DNA of 64,000 bases from Amoebophrya sp. A120 (Eukaryota; Protista; Dinoflagellata): contig CAJINV010000016.1 of NCBI GenBank assembly GCA_905178155.1, forward strand, positions 773,386 through 837,385. The letters run 5' to 3'. Below the pieces are notes generated by a model. The model saw only the letters and a program-made list of their open reading frames with translations, had not been told where the DNA came from and did not search any database. The number at the start of each line of letters is the position of its first letter. Positions within the stretch are counted from its first letter, which is position 1. Position numbers and translations under genes: made by a program. This document shows positions 24,651-36,840 of the stretch, piece after piece.

Positions 24651-25953
24651 ATGTCTTCTCCCGACGTCCCTGTGTCGCCCGGTTCCACCTCTTCTCTCCC
24701 TGCCCTCGACGCCCTTGGGCTGTCAGACTCCGAGATCATCACTCTAAAAGCCGAACAACCGGACAGCAACGCCGAATGCGTGATTTCCCTGCACGGCGCG
24801 CACGTGCTTTCCTGGACTGATAAATTTGGCAATGAGCTGCTTTACATGAGCAAACGTGCGAAATTCGACGCAGCAAAGAACCAAGCCTTGCGCGGCGGGA
24901 TTCCGATTTGTTGGCCGGCGTTTGCGAACAAAAAGCCGGCGATCGGCAAACACGGGTTTGTGCGGACGAGTAAGAGTTGGACAGTAATCGATAAATCGGA
25001 AAGCTACTGCAAACTCCAGTTCTCCACTATCTACCACCGGTGTGCACACGATGCCACCTGTGACGAGAAAAGCTTCGACATGGCGAATGACGACTCGTCT
25101 TCCGTGCTGTTTCGGGTGGAGTTCTTGTTGAAGGAAAATGCTCTTGGAATACAGTTGTCCGTGCTCAACGACCACGTAGAAAAGCCGTTGCCGTTTTCTT
25201 GTTGTCTCCACACGTATTTTAAAACCAACGTACTGGACCACGGAGTAAACGGTGCGAGTTTGCAGGTAAAAGGGCTGAATTTCGCTTCGATTTACGAGAA
25301 GACCCGGGAACTGGGGAAGGAATGGAAGGTGGAAGCAGATGCAGCTGCTGGTGCCAATGGCCATAAACAAGACGAAACAAGAACAAACGCGTCGTCCTGC
25401 GTCGTAGTGTCTGTCGATGGCAAACAAGAGGTGGAGCGGATGTTTTTTGTCGACAAGGTGGAAAATCCACTACCTACCTGCGAAACCAGTCTCGGCGACT
25501 ACTGGGAGTATGACTTGACGGACCTGTTTCACGAGGGGAAGTACCGGGACAAGGAACAATGTGCGGCGTTGTGGTCAATAGCAGAAATTCCAGATGCGCA
25601 GCGGATAATATTGCAGCCAAGTGGTGGAGCTGCTGCGAACAACGAAGAGCAGAGCAATGACGTCGGCACAACAACTTCTAGTACACCAGTAAAGCGCGCG
25701 ATATCGGATATCCTTTAAGCTCTATACCTCTGTCGGGTTACCGGACTTTGTGATATGGAATATTGGGTCGTCCAGTCCGGAAAAAATCCCGAAGGACATG
25801 GAGAAGGGAGATGAAATGAAATACTTCTGCGCCGAGCCGGGGATTGTTGAGGTCGACGCAGAGGTGCAGGCGGGGAAAAAATGGCAAAGTTGGCACGTGA
25901 TTGAGGTGGAGAATCGGGAGGTCGTCGTGTCCTCTACAGAGGGTGGATTATAG
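24651..25953 (+). CDS. D-hexose-6-phosphate mutarotase / aldose 1-epimerase-like
   Basis: Motifs HGAHVLSW, LRGGIPICWPAF, KHGFVR, LHTYF, and C-terminal DFVIWN and FCAEPG in a second frame (joined by a possible 31-nt intron at 25689-25719). Confidence 0.85.
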
Positions 25954-26632
25954 AGCAAGTACTTCTTGGCTGCATGTAGAAACTCCGGTGAATTGAACCG
26001 ACTACAACGTGCTCGAACGAAGCGCAACCCGGTGCGGCTGCCTGTGTCACGGGAGTCGTGTGGGACTGTAGTGACAGAATTACAACTCCTGCATCTTAAG
26101 TAGAACCTTCGGGCAAAACTCTTTTTTCCTCGGCTGTTGTTGGTTCAACCATTTTCCTTTCGACTAGAGAGACGATAGCGTGGGTCCTCTGCATTGGTCT
26201 GCTTCTGAGTAGTTGAGTGCTTAAGAACGGGGGAGTAGAGTAGACCTGCCAGAGTCGTGCAGACTTCGAACCTGCAAAAGTGAACAAGAGTAGTTTTTAA
26301 ATACATTTACTTGGGCAACAATTTGATATCAATTGAAGTTATCGACGATTGAGAAGGAGACCGGAGTGCAAACAAAAGTGCCGAAAAGTGGAAATTCGTC
26401 CGGTGTGAAGAGGGGTGAACCTCCCAAATCTGCTTTTACTCGGAGAGTGAAATCGTTGTGCGAATTAGAGAGCACAGGTGGAGCAGGTGGATGCGGATTG
26501 CCATTACTTCTTTTTGTCAGAGTCCTCAGGCTAAAACATCAACCAGAACAGTTGCGTTTGAACACTTATTTTCACTACGTCCGCGTGAATGTCCCTAGAA
26601 GTTCTCTACTCGTAAATCTTTGACATTCCAAA

Positions 26633-29600
26633 ATGGCTCCAGGAGCGGGCGCGTCTTCCTCCTCTTCCTCGACGAAGCAGATGTCGAGTACGGCTTTGGA
26701 GGTGGAATTTTGGAAGTTTCTTGCCGGTGATACCGTTTCCCTGAAGCAGAAAATCCCCGATGTGGCCATTTTCACCAAGCGGTTCCACTTCGAGGGGCAC
26801 TACCACAGCACGAAGACGGGGCTGTTGGCGAAGAAGCCCAACGCCACCGTGGATTCGTTTCTCGCCCGCGTGCTGGATATCGCCCAGGAACGGCACACGG
26901 CAAAAAACCAGCCGTTCGGCAGTCACACGCCGGCCGCCATTTTGCGGAAGGTCGCCCCGGTGGCCGGAGCGAAAGACAAAGAGGGGTGTCCGGTGGCGGT
27001 CATACTCACCTCGTCGGAACTCTCGCAAATCATCCAGCAAATAAAAAACAAGTCCTTTGACGACTGCGATGTACTGATTTGTACGTAGGATAGCCTTCCG
27101 TAGTACGTGGCTTGTTTCGGTTTCATGTTGAGAATGCGTGTACGTACTAATTTTTGCTACATATTTTTACTGCTGGACTAACATTGACACACGACATCGG
27201 TCTCGATCTCCATCTAACAGGTATTCAGCATCCAGGCGATTGTCGAGCCGTTCGAAGACCAGAGAATAGTGTCTGTCTACAGCTGCGATCTGATGGGTGA
27301 GGAGCGGTCGGACATCTTTGGCCGGACGTTCCAGAAAGTTTATCCAATCGAGCAGGGAAAACCAATAGAAATACAAACGCCGCAGGACGTTGCGATGGAC
27401 AAGTAGAATGATTGAGAAACCTAAATTTCGTTTAGTGCTTCTTTTTGCATCAGGACATCTATTAGCATACAGTATGCTATCATCATTCCTCTGCGAGCGA
27501 GTATACTTTCTGGTCCTTGCTTCTTCTTCAAAAATCTTCAACGACGTAATAATCTACGAATCACTTCCAGGTGCGAGCAGATTTTTCCGGCCCGCCGTGC
27601 GCTCGTGGAGTCAAAAACGCTCGCCTTGGTCCGGTACGCGAGGAGATTTTACGAAATTGCACTGGACGGATTTATATCAAATGTAAAAATGTCTGGGTCT
27701 GGAAGATTGGAACTTGTAATGCTGGTCTTGCATTCCTGTGAAATCTGTATTGCGTGACCATCAAGAACAGTGGTAGCCTCTTCTGTCATACAAAAACGCA
27801 GTTTCTCATGCGGAGTTCGTATGAGCAAGCGTGCTGCAGCCTCGTCATGCTTTCCTGCATGAGCAAGTGACTTCCTCTTGCACATTTTAGCATCACAAAT
27901 TTCCAGACCCAGACATTTTTACATTTGATAGTTTATCGCCGAGTGGCTCGTGGACAAGAATGACCAGCTGGTTTTGCACGGCTTCTGGTCCGCGACGGTC
28001 TACAAGGGAACCTTGATCCCAGCGGATCCGGGGAAGAAGTTGCAGGACCGACCGGGGCCGGCGAAGGCTTACCCTTTCCCGACAGACGTGAAGTCCATGT
28101 CACTGCCGGAGTATAGATTGCAAGTCTTTGGTTTATTTGCGAAAGAACTTTATTTGCGTGATGATCATTCTGCATGGCAAAGTCGGTTTTGTATGGTCTC
28201 TGCGCATGACAAGTTGTGAGAACTACAAAGTTCTTCTACGCCACTGCAGGTACCGATACGACCCCAACACCACAAAAGCACACGCGACCATGGAGGAATA
28301 TGGCGTTCTCAACTGTTACATTCTCAGCTGTTACATGAATTTTTTGTCATGCAGAACAACCATCGAGATCCACACAAGAAAGCTGCTTCGCATGACAAAT
28401 TTGCGAAGGGCTAAACAGCACCTAAATCTGTGCAGGACTTGTAATGCTAGAGGTGCAACCTCCCCCCTTTCACTTTTGCAATTCTTGCATCACAAATTCA
28501 TGTAACAGTTGAGAATGTAACAGTTGAGAACGCCATAAGGAAGAAATCAAGAAGAAAAAGCTCGGACAGAAAGAAGTTGACGAGTTGGTCGACCGGATTG
28601 TCGGGAGAAAACGCGGCGAGGAACCGCAAATCCTGCTGGAAGCCTGGAGCGACGACGATTATTTAGGCGAGGTGGTGTTGCCGCAGTTGTCCAACCTAGA
28701 AGCAGTCAAGGGACTGAAAAGCTACGAAATCGGGCGTCCGAACCAGAAAACCACACGGCTGGACGGAAAGAAAACCAGATTCATGAATGACAGCACGGTA
28801 CAAGTTGATGGATTTTGTCATCAGCGAATTCTTGTTTTCTCCTAGGTGGAATCTGCTCGATCATTACATGTGACATTTGCACCGGGGACCACGAAGGTAC
28901 TAGTCTTTTTTTTCATTCTGCACGACCGCATGACAAAATGGCCAATTTATATATAATTTATTTCTATCTCAGGTAACTCTCGAATTGAAGTGGCAGGGCA
29001 ACGGGGAGCCCTTCGCAAACGAACTGCGCATTTTACTTTCCCACGGGCAGTTTGCCATGCCCTGCAACCCGAGGATACAGCTGTGGCTGCGCTACGAAGA
29101 GGAATATTCCCCGCTGTGGACGAGTCAGGTGCACAAACAAACCGCGTTTCCGCAGTTTAAGGAGCAGGCAGATCTTATCAAATGGAAAAATGTCTGGGTC
29201 TGGAAGATTCTGACACTTGTCATGCACGTTTTGCATGAGCCATGATGTCTGTGATGCATACCCTAGCAATACAGATTTTTTGAGAGCTTCTCGATGCCTA
29301 TTCCGCATGACAAATGCCTTCTCAGCGTAGCCAACATTTGCCCACGCAGAGCCGTCCTCTTGCCGGACACAACCAACATCTGTCCGAAACAGCCTAGGGC
29401 CAAGACGACACCGTGAGGACGACCACAGGGGGTCCGTCTCAATGATGATGATGATGTAGCAAAAATTGCATTCCCTTTGGTACTCATGCAACACTCGATT
29501 TTTTTGGAATCCAGATGCAGCATCACAAGTTGCATTCTTCCAGACCCAGACATTTTTACATTTGATAGATCTGAAGATAGATTTTAGCAGTGGCGACGAC

Positions 29601-31707
29601 AACGGGGCCGTGCAGCAGTGGGACAAAACCAAGAAAGTGGCCAGGTCCGCCGGGTCCGCAGAAGCGGGGGCTGGGGGGATCGGCGGTACTGAGTTTTTTC
29701 TGGTTTGGCTGTTTTACTTGTCTCTAGCATGATGCGCAACTCGTTTTGACCTTCGCTGTCATGCGAGATGACACAATAGGTTCATTCTTCTTGCCTCACA
29801 ACATCTTTACCTGTTGAGAAGCACTACTACAGCCACTACCAGCAAAAATGCCCGAGCGCGATCAGCCGGGCCGAGCAAAGTGGGGCCAAACACACACGTC
29901 GCCGGGGCAAGGTTAAAAGAGCACTGGGGCGTCGACGGTTTGGAGGGAATTATGAGCACCCACGTGCTGGCGTCGCAGGTTTTGTCCAGGTAAACATTTT
30001 TGTACGACTTGTGCATGAGACTCAGGCAGCTGCTTTCCATGATACGTAAAGAGAAATCTTCTACAGGAGAAAAGATTTTTTTTGTCTTCGCATGAACTAC
30101 TTACGACCCAAACAAATCAAATCCCAGGTATCAAACCGAGCGCACAAACCGGTGTCAGATGCTTTCTGTTCTCGCGAGACAACTGGAGCGATTCCGGGAC
30201 GTGCAACTCTCCTGGCAGGAGCAAAGAATGGCCGCACGCGCGGCGGTGTCGAAGGCGCAGCAGGACGTGGTAGAAAAAGAGGAGGAAGTGAAAATGCTGA
30301 TAAAAGAGAAAGAGGACCTGGTCCGGGATTACAAGAAGAGACTAGAGGTACTTACTACTAAATGTTCCAGTTTGATGAAAATGCAACTAACATTGCGGGA
30401 CTCTAGCTCTACCGTGCAGATGAAGATGACACACCGCTCTTCTCATGCTGTTGACGCAAGATGAAAACTGATTCAGAATTCTATAGTACGCATAGAGTAA
30501 AGGCAAAAACTTTATTATTTCCTCTCTATCAGGCGATGTTCCGCGGGGTGACCAAAGACCTTGACGATATGAAAGCCCAGAAGATCATATCGGAAAACAA
30601 GCTCGCCGAATCGGTACAGATATGAAAGTGCACAACTCCCCCTCCCCCTCATTTGTAATGCAAAATAGCAAATCCACGTCTTGCCTCCAAGCACAGTGCG
30701 CATGACAAATTTATTTGGAGCCTCAAAGAGTACCATAATCCGTCTGCAAATTTGTCATGCGGATGAAGCCACATTTCTGGCGTTGCTTGTGTTGCTGCTC
30801 ATGCAATACAAATGAGGGGGAGGGGGAGTTGTGCAGTCTCATAACAGAGAGAAGCTGAGCAAACACGGATGATCGAGAAGCTGGAGCAGAGAAATATGAC
30901 CTGCTCAAACGTTACAATCTTAAACGTTACAACAGCGTCTGGGTTTTGTATTGCATGATGAGCATGACAGGCTCGGACAGCATTCGACTTTCTGCAATAC
31001 AAATTTCGCCGGATTGTAGTGCGAATTGGGACTCCAGAACTTGTCATGCGCAATCCTATGAGAGTTGGCGAGATAATGCACTTCTTGCAACACAAATTCT
31101 AGACTCTATTCGTAACAAACGAGATTGTAACACCTGAGCAGGTTATAGGAAATTCCGCGCTGCGCGCGACGGTGGATAAGACCATGACCAAGATGAACCA
31201 GCTCTCGGACGGCGCGCCGGCCATATGAAAGTGCACAACTCCCCCTCCCCTTCATTTGTAATGCAAAACCCCAAATCCAAGTGCTTCTCTGTGACACTGT
31301 TCGCATGACAAATTCCGGAAGCCCAAACAGTACTACACTAGGCGCATGAATTTGTCATGCACAGGCTCCACGTGTGTTAGTGCTTGTATTGCTGTTCATG
31401 CGTAAGTATACAAATGAGCGGGAGGGGGAGTTGTGCACTGCCATAGGCCATGCGACAGGTCGACAAAGAAATCGAGAAGTCCGGCGCCGGAGGGGGTTCT
31501 AGCGCCCAGTCGGCGGACGCGAAAAATGCGGAGCTAGTGCTGGCCTTGGAGCAGGTGAAAGTCCTGCAGGGCGAGAAAAAGGCGATGGCGATCGATTTAG
31601 AACATGTGAAGGCGGAATTGCGGAAAGCAGCGCTGGAAAAGGGACAAATCGAGGAAAAGGCACAGAAACTGGAGCAATTTATCCGGAATGTAGCTTTGAA
31701 ACCGTGA
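26633..31707 (+). CDS. Unknown protein with C2-like segments and a C-terminal coiled coil; 6 introners
   Basis: Exons join in frame after element+DR removal (FYEIALDGFIAEWLVDKNDQ; EQADLKIDF; VQREAEQTRMIEKLEQRNSALRAT; GAPAMRQVDKE...ALKP*). Segments ILLEAWSDDDYLGEVVLP and NPRIQLWL...WTSQVHKQTAFPQF look C2-like (inference). Confidence 0.7.
27675..27930. mobile_element. Introner family A
   Basis: DR attta/gttta. Confidence 0.88.
28299..28537. mobile_element. Introner family G
   Basis: DR aggaa/aggaa. Confidence 0.9.
29176..29567. mobile_element. Introner family A with a 124-bp nested insert
   Basis: DR gatct/gatct; otherwise near-identical to 43206-43467. Confidence 0.9.
30621..30843. mobile_element. 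Introner family E
   Basis: DR acaga/acaga. Confidence 0.9.
30895..31147. mobile_element. Introner family D
   Basis: DR agaaa/ggaaa. Confidence 0.88.
31224..31445. mobile_element. Introner family E
   Basis: DR ggcca/ggcca. Confidence 0.9.
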
Positions 31708-32507
31708 GAGCGATATTACTGTGATTTTTTCCATTTCCTGAAAGAAGAATGAAACAGTATCATGATGTGATGGGACAAAAACAATTCGAAGGTTGATGAA
31801 AAATTCAGTCTGACACCTTTCTGGTGCCGGTGATAAGCTGAAGCGAAAGAACTTTTTTACATTACACTCAAGCATGAAAGCGAACTTGTTTAATTGGAAT
31901 AGTCAACCACGGCTGCAACGGGAAAAGCAAAGCCGAGAACTTACGAAAATCAGAGAAAGAACAAGGAATGAGACTAAAAATAGCGGCTTACCAGTTAAAA
32001 GTAACTGGAGGAAATTAACGTCGCAGCGTTGGAAATTTACTTTATAGTTCTTGGAAAGCAGTGACGGATTTGGATTAAGATCGTTTTTGACCTTACAAAG
32101 GATGCTAGCGCAGATGAAATCTGTGACAACAATCTGCAAGTGCGGTATCTTAGCTGCGCTAAGAACTACAACGAATCTGGAACTTCGTCGTGAACTTGTT
32201 TTTGGAGAAATGAACAATCAAACTCGCTGGAATTTTCGCCATTCTCGTCACCAGGCGCACGGGTGCTTGATGTTGCTGTTGTCTGTTCTTCTTGAACTTG
32301 CCGGGAAACGACAAAGAATACCTGTCGGCCCCTGTTGAGGGGAAAAGTTCACGATGCAGATACAGGTGTCGCACGTCAATTTGAAGAGATCTCCTGATCT
32401 GAGGACCGCGATCTCACTAGGCGTAGAGATTTACAGGCCGGCGCTCTACTAATCTTGGATGCTTCCATCCAGTCGTAAAACAAAAAGAAGACACCACTAA
32501 CTACAAA

Positions 32508-34553
32508 ATGTCCGTCGTAACGCTTCAACTGGGGCAGTGCGGCAACCAGGTCGGGGGCGCTTTTTTCGACTGCCTGGCCAAGGAGCACGTCCGATTTGAG
32601 CCGCGGGAGAGCTACGGAACTGGTGGCTCTGCTCACTCCTCTTTGTTCCCAGCGAGTGCCGTCCTGGAAAACATGTTTTTTCGGACACCCGAACAAGAAC
32701 ATTCTTCTATCGACCGGAGCGCTAGTATTTTTAAAGCCACTTCCTCCAAACAAACACCACGATTGGTTCCCCGCGCAGTGTTGATCGATTTAGAACCGCG
32801 AGTGGTGCAGAATTTGCTGTCGAGTAAACGGTCTTCTTCAACTACATCAACAGGATCATCAGCACAGAAAACTTATTTCCGCTACGACCCCTCCCAGGCG
32901 TTTTACCAGCAATCTGGTGCGGGCAACAACTGGCTGCATGGGTTCAAGCAGGGGAATTTGATGGAGGAGCAGCTGGAAAGCTTAATCCAGCGCGAAGTCG
33001 ATTTCGTCGAAGACCGGTTAGAAGCCTTCCTCGTGTTCGTCTCCGTCGCGGGAGGCACTGGTTCGGGGCTTGGCTCGTTCGTCATGAGTCTGTTGAAAGA
33101 CCTGTACCCCGAAGTCCCGATTCTCGCGTGCTGCATTCTGCCGTTCCAGGAGGGGGAAGTGGCGGTCCAGAGCTACAATGCGTGCCTGGCTTTACACGCC
33201 GCGTACGAGTTTGCGGACTTGATTTTCCCCTTTGAAAACCAGCGGACGAAGGAAGAGAAGAAAGTTTTGAGTACCAGTGTCGCGCAGCGGAGGATGAACA
33301 AATTCTACAACGAATTCGCGGAAATGAACTACTTGATCGTGAACACGCTTTTGCATTCTGCGCTGCTACCGGTTGCCGTTTCGAAAGTAGTTTGCAGTAA
33401 CGACGAAGTTCTTGTCAGTAGGCGCTCAAATTGGTCAACAACAGCTGCAAGAAGTGACGCACGATTGAAAAAGCCAGGTGTATCGTCCACTTCATCTCGC
33501 AGGGAAGGAGCTGCGTCGACAAATAATCGTCGCTCGCTGTCTCCGAAAAAAGTGCGGGAACTCTTTGCGTCGCAAGGAGGAGGAGGCGGAAGTAGTGGGC
33601 ACGACCGATTTTTGAAGGAGAGAATTATAGCTGGATCGAAGTCTTCTTCTTCATCCTTGTCCACAGCGACATCAACCACAGGGTCACTACAGAAAAGCCG
33701 AATCTGCGACCTGTTGTTGACCCACGGGTCCCACCCGAGCTACCGCTTCTGCACCCTCCGGCACTTGCCGACGCCGCAGAATTTGCAAAATTTGTTCGAC
33801 GGGAATAGAATTGCAAACGCGTGGACCAACACAGACAGTTGGAGTGCGCTGGCGAAGCGGATCGCTCACATCACCAACGCGAAGACGGTCGAAGATTTCT
33901 ACGCGCGCATGTCCGACAGCGGGAAAAACCGGCTGATCAGTTGCGAAGCAGTTTGTCGGAGAGGAACGGATAATTTTTCAAGTGGAGCAAGTGCAGCGTC
34001 GACGTCCACCCAGCAACAGCAGCAGAACACGGTGCAAGAGGTCGCGCAAATACTCGCCGCCGAACTGGAGTTCAGCACTCACGTGAGCTGCGTTAGTAGG
34101 ACTGACGGTTGGGGCAGCTGTAGCAGTTCTTCCTCTTATAATTTTTCACCGCGGGCAACAGCTACCTTTTCGGCAAACAACTGTCTACGTGTGGTGGAAA
34201 GTTACACACCACCAGCGCCGAGGGGACTGAGTAATTCTGTGAGGCACGGCGCTCCAGCGGGTGGGTCAGCGAGTTCTTCTAATACAGTCTCCTTAGCGAC
34301 GAATTGTCAAACCGTTTTAAGACCTTTGGAACAGTACTTGCAGAAAGCGACGTCTCTAGCAAGAAGTGCTTGCTACAGACACTACTTTGATGAGGAACTT
34401 TTGACGAACGCAATTCTTGGGGTGCAACAAATTTGCGAAGATTATCGACAGCTATCTGGAAGTGGTCGGCGGGGTACTATGAAAACCCAGAACTTTACTA
34501 CTCTGAGAAAGTCTGCAAGACTATTGTTCTGCAAAACCTATTTTGCACTATAG
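32508..34553 (+). CDS. TUBD1: Delta-tubulin, uninterrupted ORF with low-complexity insertions
   Basis: MSVVTLQLGQCGNQVG, RAVLIDLEPRVV, QSGAGNNW, tubulin signature SVAGGTGSGLG, and GEVAVQSYNA typical of delta-tubulin. Confidence 0.85.
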   Translation: MSVVTLQLGQCGNQVGGAFFDCLAKEHVRFEPRESYGTGGSAHSSLFPASAVLENMFFRTPEQEHSSIDRSASIFKATSSKQTPRLVPRAVLIDLEPRVVQNLLSSKRSSSTTSTGSSAQKTYFRYDPSQAFYQQSGAGNNWLHGFKQGNLMEEQLESLIQREVDFVEDRLEAFLVFVSVAGGTGSGLGSFVMSLLKDLYPEVPILACCILPFQEGEVAVQSYNACLALHAAYEFADLIFPFENQRTKEEKKVLSTSVAQRRMNKFYNEFAEMNYLIVNTLLHSALLPVAVSKVVCSNDEVLVSRRSNWSTTAARSDARLKKPGVSSTSSRREGAASTNNRRSLSPKKVRELFASQGGGGGSSGHDRFLKERIIAGSKSSSSSLSTATSTTGSLQKSRICDLLLTHGSHPSYRFCTLRHLPTPQNLQNLFDGNRIANAWTNTDSWSALAKRIAHITNAKTVEDFYARMSDSGKNRLISCEAVCRRGTDNFSSGASAASTSTQQQQQNTVQEVAQILAAELEFSTHVSCVSRTDGWGSCSSSSSYNFSPRATATFSANNCLRVVESYTPPAPRGLSNSVRHGAPAGGSASSSNTVSLATNCQTVLRPLEQYLQKATSLARSACYRHYFDEELLTNAILGVQQICEDYRQLSGSGRRGTMKTQNFTTLRKSARLLFCKTYFAL

Positions 34554-34739
34554 TAATAGTTGGCATCTTGAGGTTGAGTTTTCAATGAGTGAAAAACCGG
34601 GAAGCTTACGGGTGAAGATGGTTGCGTGTGCGAGCCATTTGAGAGACGCTTCGGCCTGGTTGTTCCTGAGTCGCGCTGCGGAGATAGATAGTTGATTTGA
34701 GTGAGGCGCGCCAGGTGGTGCGGAAGCGAGCCTGGTTTT

Positions 34740-36660
34740 AGCACAGATGTCAGTCTAGTTTTTGGCTGAAATGCGACGAACAAAATGGCTGGACACGCAG
34801 ACGACCATCGCAGCGCGTCGCTTCTGCTTTTTGGCGGGCGCGTCTCTGAAGTCGGGCCATGGCGCGCGTGGCGCGCCCTATCGGGGATGGCCAGCCGGGG
34901 GGAGGGGTTCCGTTGCGTCAAGGCTTCCCGGCCTATTTTGTGGCGCCGGCGCCATCGGAAGCCGCGGAGGCGACCAAACTGTTCATAACTCTGAGGGGCC
35001 GAGTGCCCGCGATGGCGCAGCGCTAGCAGCGCTACCCGGATAGACTTCGCGAACAGCCATCGCCCGACAATGCTACCCCGACGCGAGCCAGGAGTGGGCG
35101 GAAGCAATGGCGCACCAGCTGCGCCGCGTCGCGTAGTACGTACCGAGATGCGTGAGCTCGTGCGCAGTGCTCGTAGCCGCCGAGGAGCAAGTCAGGGTCC
35201 CAGCGCGAAGCGACACCGCCGGCCTCGTCCCGCGCGCCTTACTTTTGTTCCGCCTTGCCGCGCGCCTGTGTAGCTCCCCCCCAAACCTCCGCGCGCCCCC
35301 GGCGCCTTCCTTCGCGCGCGCCCCGGCCCGCCCCGCACTATTTTGGACAGCCGCGACGCCAGCCCCTCGGCTCTAGCAGTTTTGGCCATCTTCTCCTCGC
35401 CCTCCCCGGTGCCGTTGTCCGCGCCGAGCCGTTTCCGCGGAGGGGGGCGTTGGCGACATACCCGCGCGGCGCGCTTCTTCCGCTCTGCAGCGAGCAGTGG
35501 GGGGGCGCAGCCAAGGGCGGCTCGTCCGTGCTAGGGGATTGAACCTTATCCGGGATGATTTTCGCGGGCGTGGGCCAAAAATCAGTTTGCGTTGTTTGAT
35601 GAGAAGGGCAGGGAGGCGACATTATTAGCCGAACCCATTCGCTGCAGTTGGTGTTCTCCCTTTGACGAGCGTATCTTGTGTAAAAAGTGCGGAGGGTGAG
35701 CGTTCTTGCAGTGCTTCTGTATTTGAGAGAGCAGTTTTGCTTTTAGCCTGAAAATGCAGATTGAAACAATGTCGCGCTCCTTCTGGTTTCCACGTAAGAA
35801 AAAAGATGGCTCACGCATCTTCCGTATGTCGGCGAGTGTTGGCGCGCGGCCTTCTCGACTCGAGTCCGGGTCAGTCGGTCTGGGCTGCCAGAAAAATTGC
35901 TTCGGGTGTCTGGTGGTGCTTGAAGGTTCCGGCGCGCGGTGCTCTGTGGTGTGCCCGGAGGGCGTCCAAGGTGTTTCAGGATGGAATTGGGGCGCCATGG
36001 CGTCTTCTGGCCCGCCTCCCTTGCGTGCCTGCCAGCGGGCTTCGTGGCTTTAACCGGCGGCGCATCGCTTCGCTCGGCGATTCGCGCCGCGCGCCTCTTT
36101 CTGCGTGCGCGCCGCCCGACCGTGCGCGACCCCTGCGATTGCGGGGACACCGCGGAAGCCCCGCACCGCGAGACGGCCTGTTCGAACTTGTTCGAGCCTG
36201 CAAACTCGGCGAACGGCAAGCGCGAAAAGGCAAAGAAAAAAGGCAAAGAGCGCGCCGGCGCCGCCCCCCCCCCCGCCCCCGTCAGCTCTGCCGGGCCTCA
36301 TTACCCAGCCCCGCCCGGGGGCCCTTCTGCTGCGCTTGGGCATTATGGGGGCCGACCCCAGCCCCACGCCTCCCGGGGGGCCACAACGCGCCCGCGCGGC
36401 CCGGACGGCCGGGCCCTCCTGCAATTTTACTTCGCCAAGCAAAGAAGTGGGGACGTGCCCTGTGGCCTCGGCGGGGCCGGGGCCGGGCCCATGTGCATGT
36501 GGCCCTCCGTTTTCGATTGTCTGCGCCCGCGCTCCCGCCAGGCCGCCCTCGTGGCCGGCGGGCGCGTCCGTGGTTGGGCGCCGGCCTCATTTAGCCGGCA
36601 AGCCGCTGACGGCCTCACACCGCTTCGTCCGTATCGGGCGAGCGAGGAGTGCTGTCAGAG
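34740..36660. other. GC-rich intergenic island, possibly a non-autonomous mobile element
   Basis: Sharp rise in GC content, only low-complexity Arg/Pro/Ala ORFs, boundaries approximate. Confidence 0.35.
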
Positions 36661-36840
36661 ATAGGTGTGGCGGGCAGGAGGTTGAAGACAAGACAGCGAA
36701 TTGAGCTTATTGATCGAGGCCACGTGGTGACGCAGCGAGCCGTTGTTCATTCTCCCGGGGATCAACGAGCGTCATCTGTGATTGAAGTCGAACAAGAGAG
36801 CTTGCTAGAAGTTCGCGGCTGAGAACTACGCGGCAGAGAG

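Noticed and set aside
24744-25427. 227-aa minus-strand ORF
   Set aside because: Antisense shadow of the mutarotase CDS.
35582-36704. Overlapping 130-277 aa ORFs
   Set aside because: Expected from high GC content; Arg/Pro/Ala-rich with no motifs, and open on both strands.
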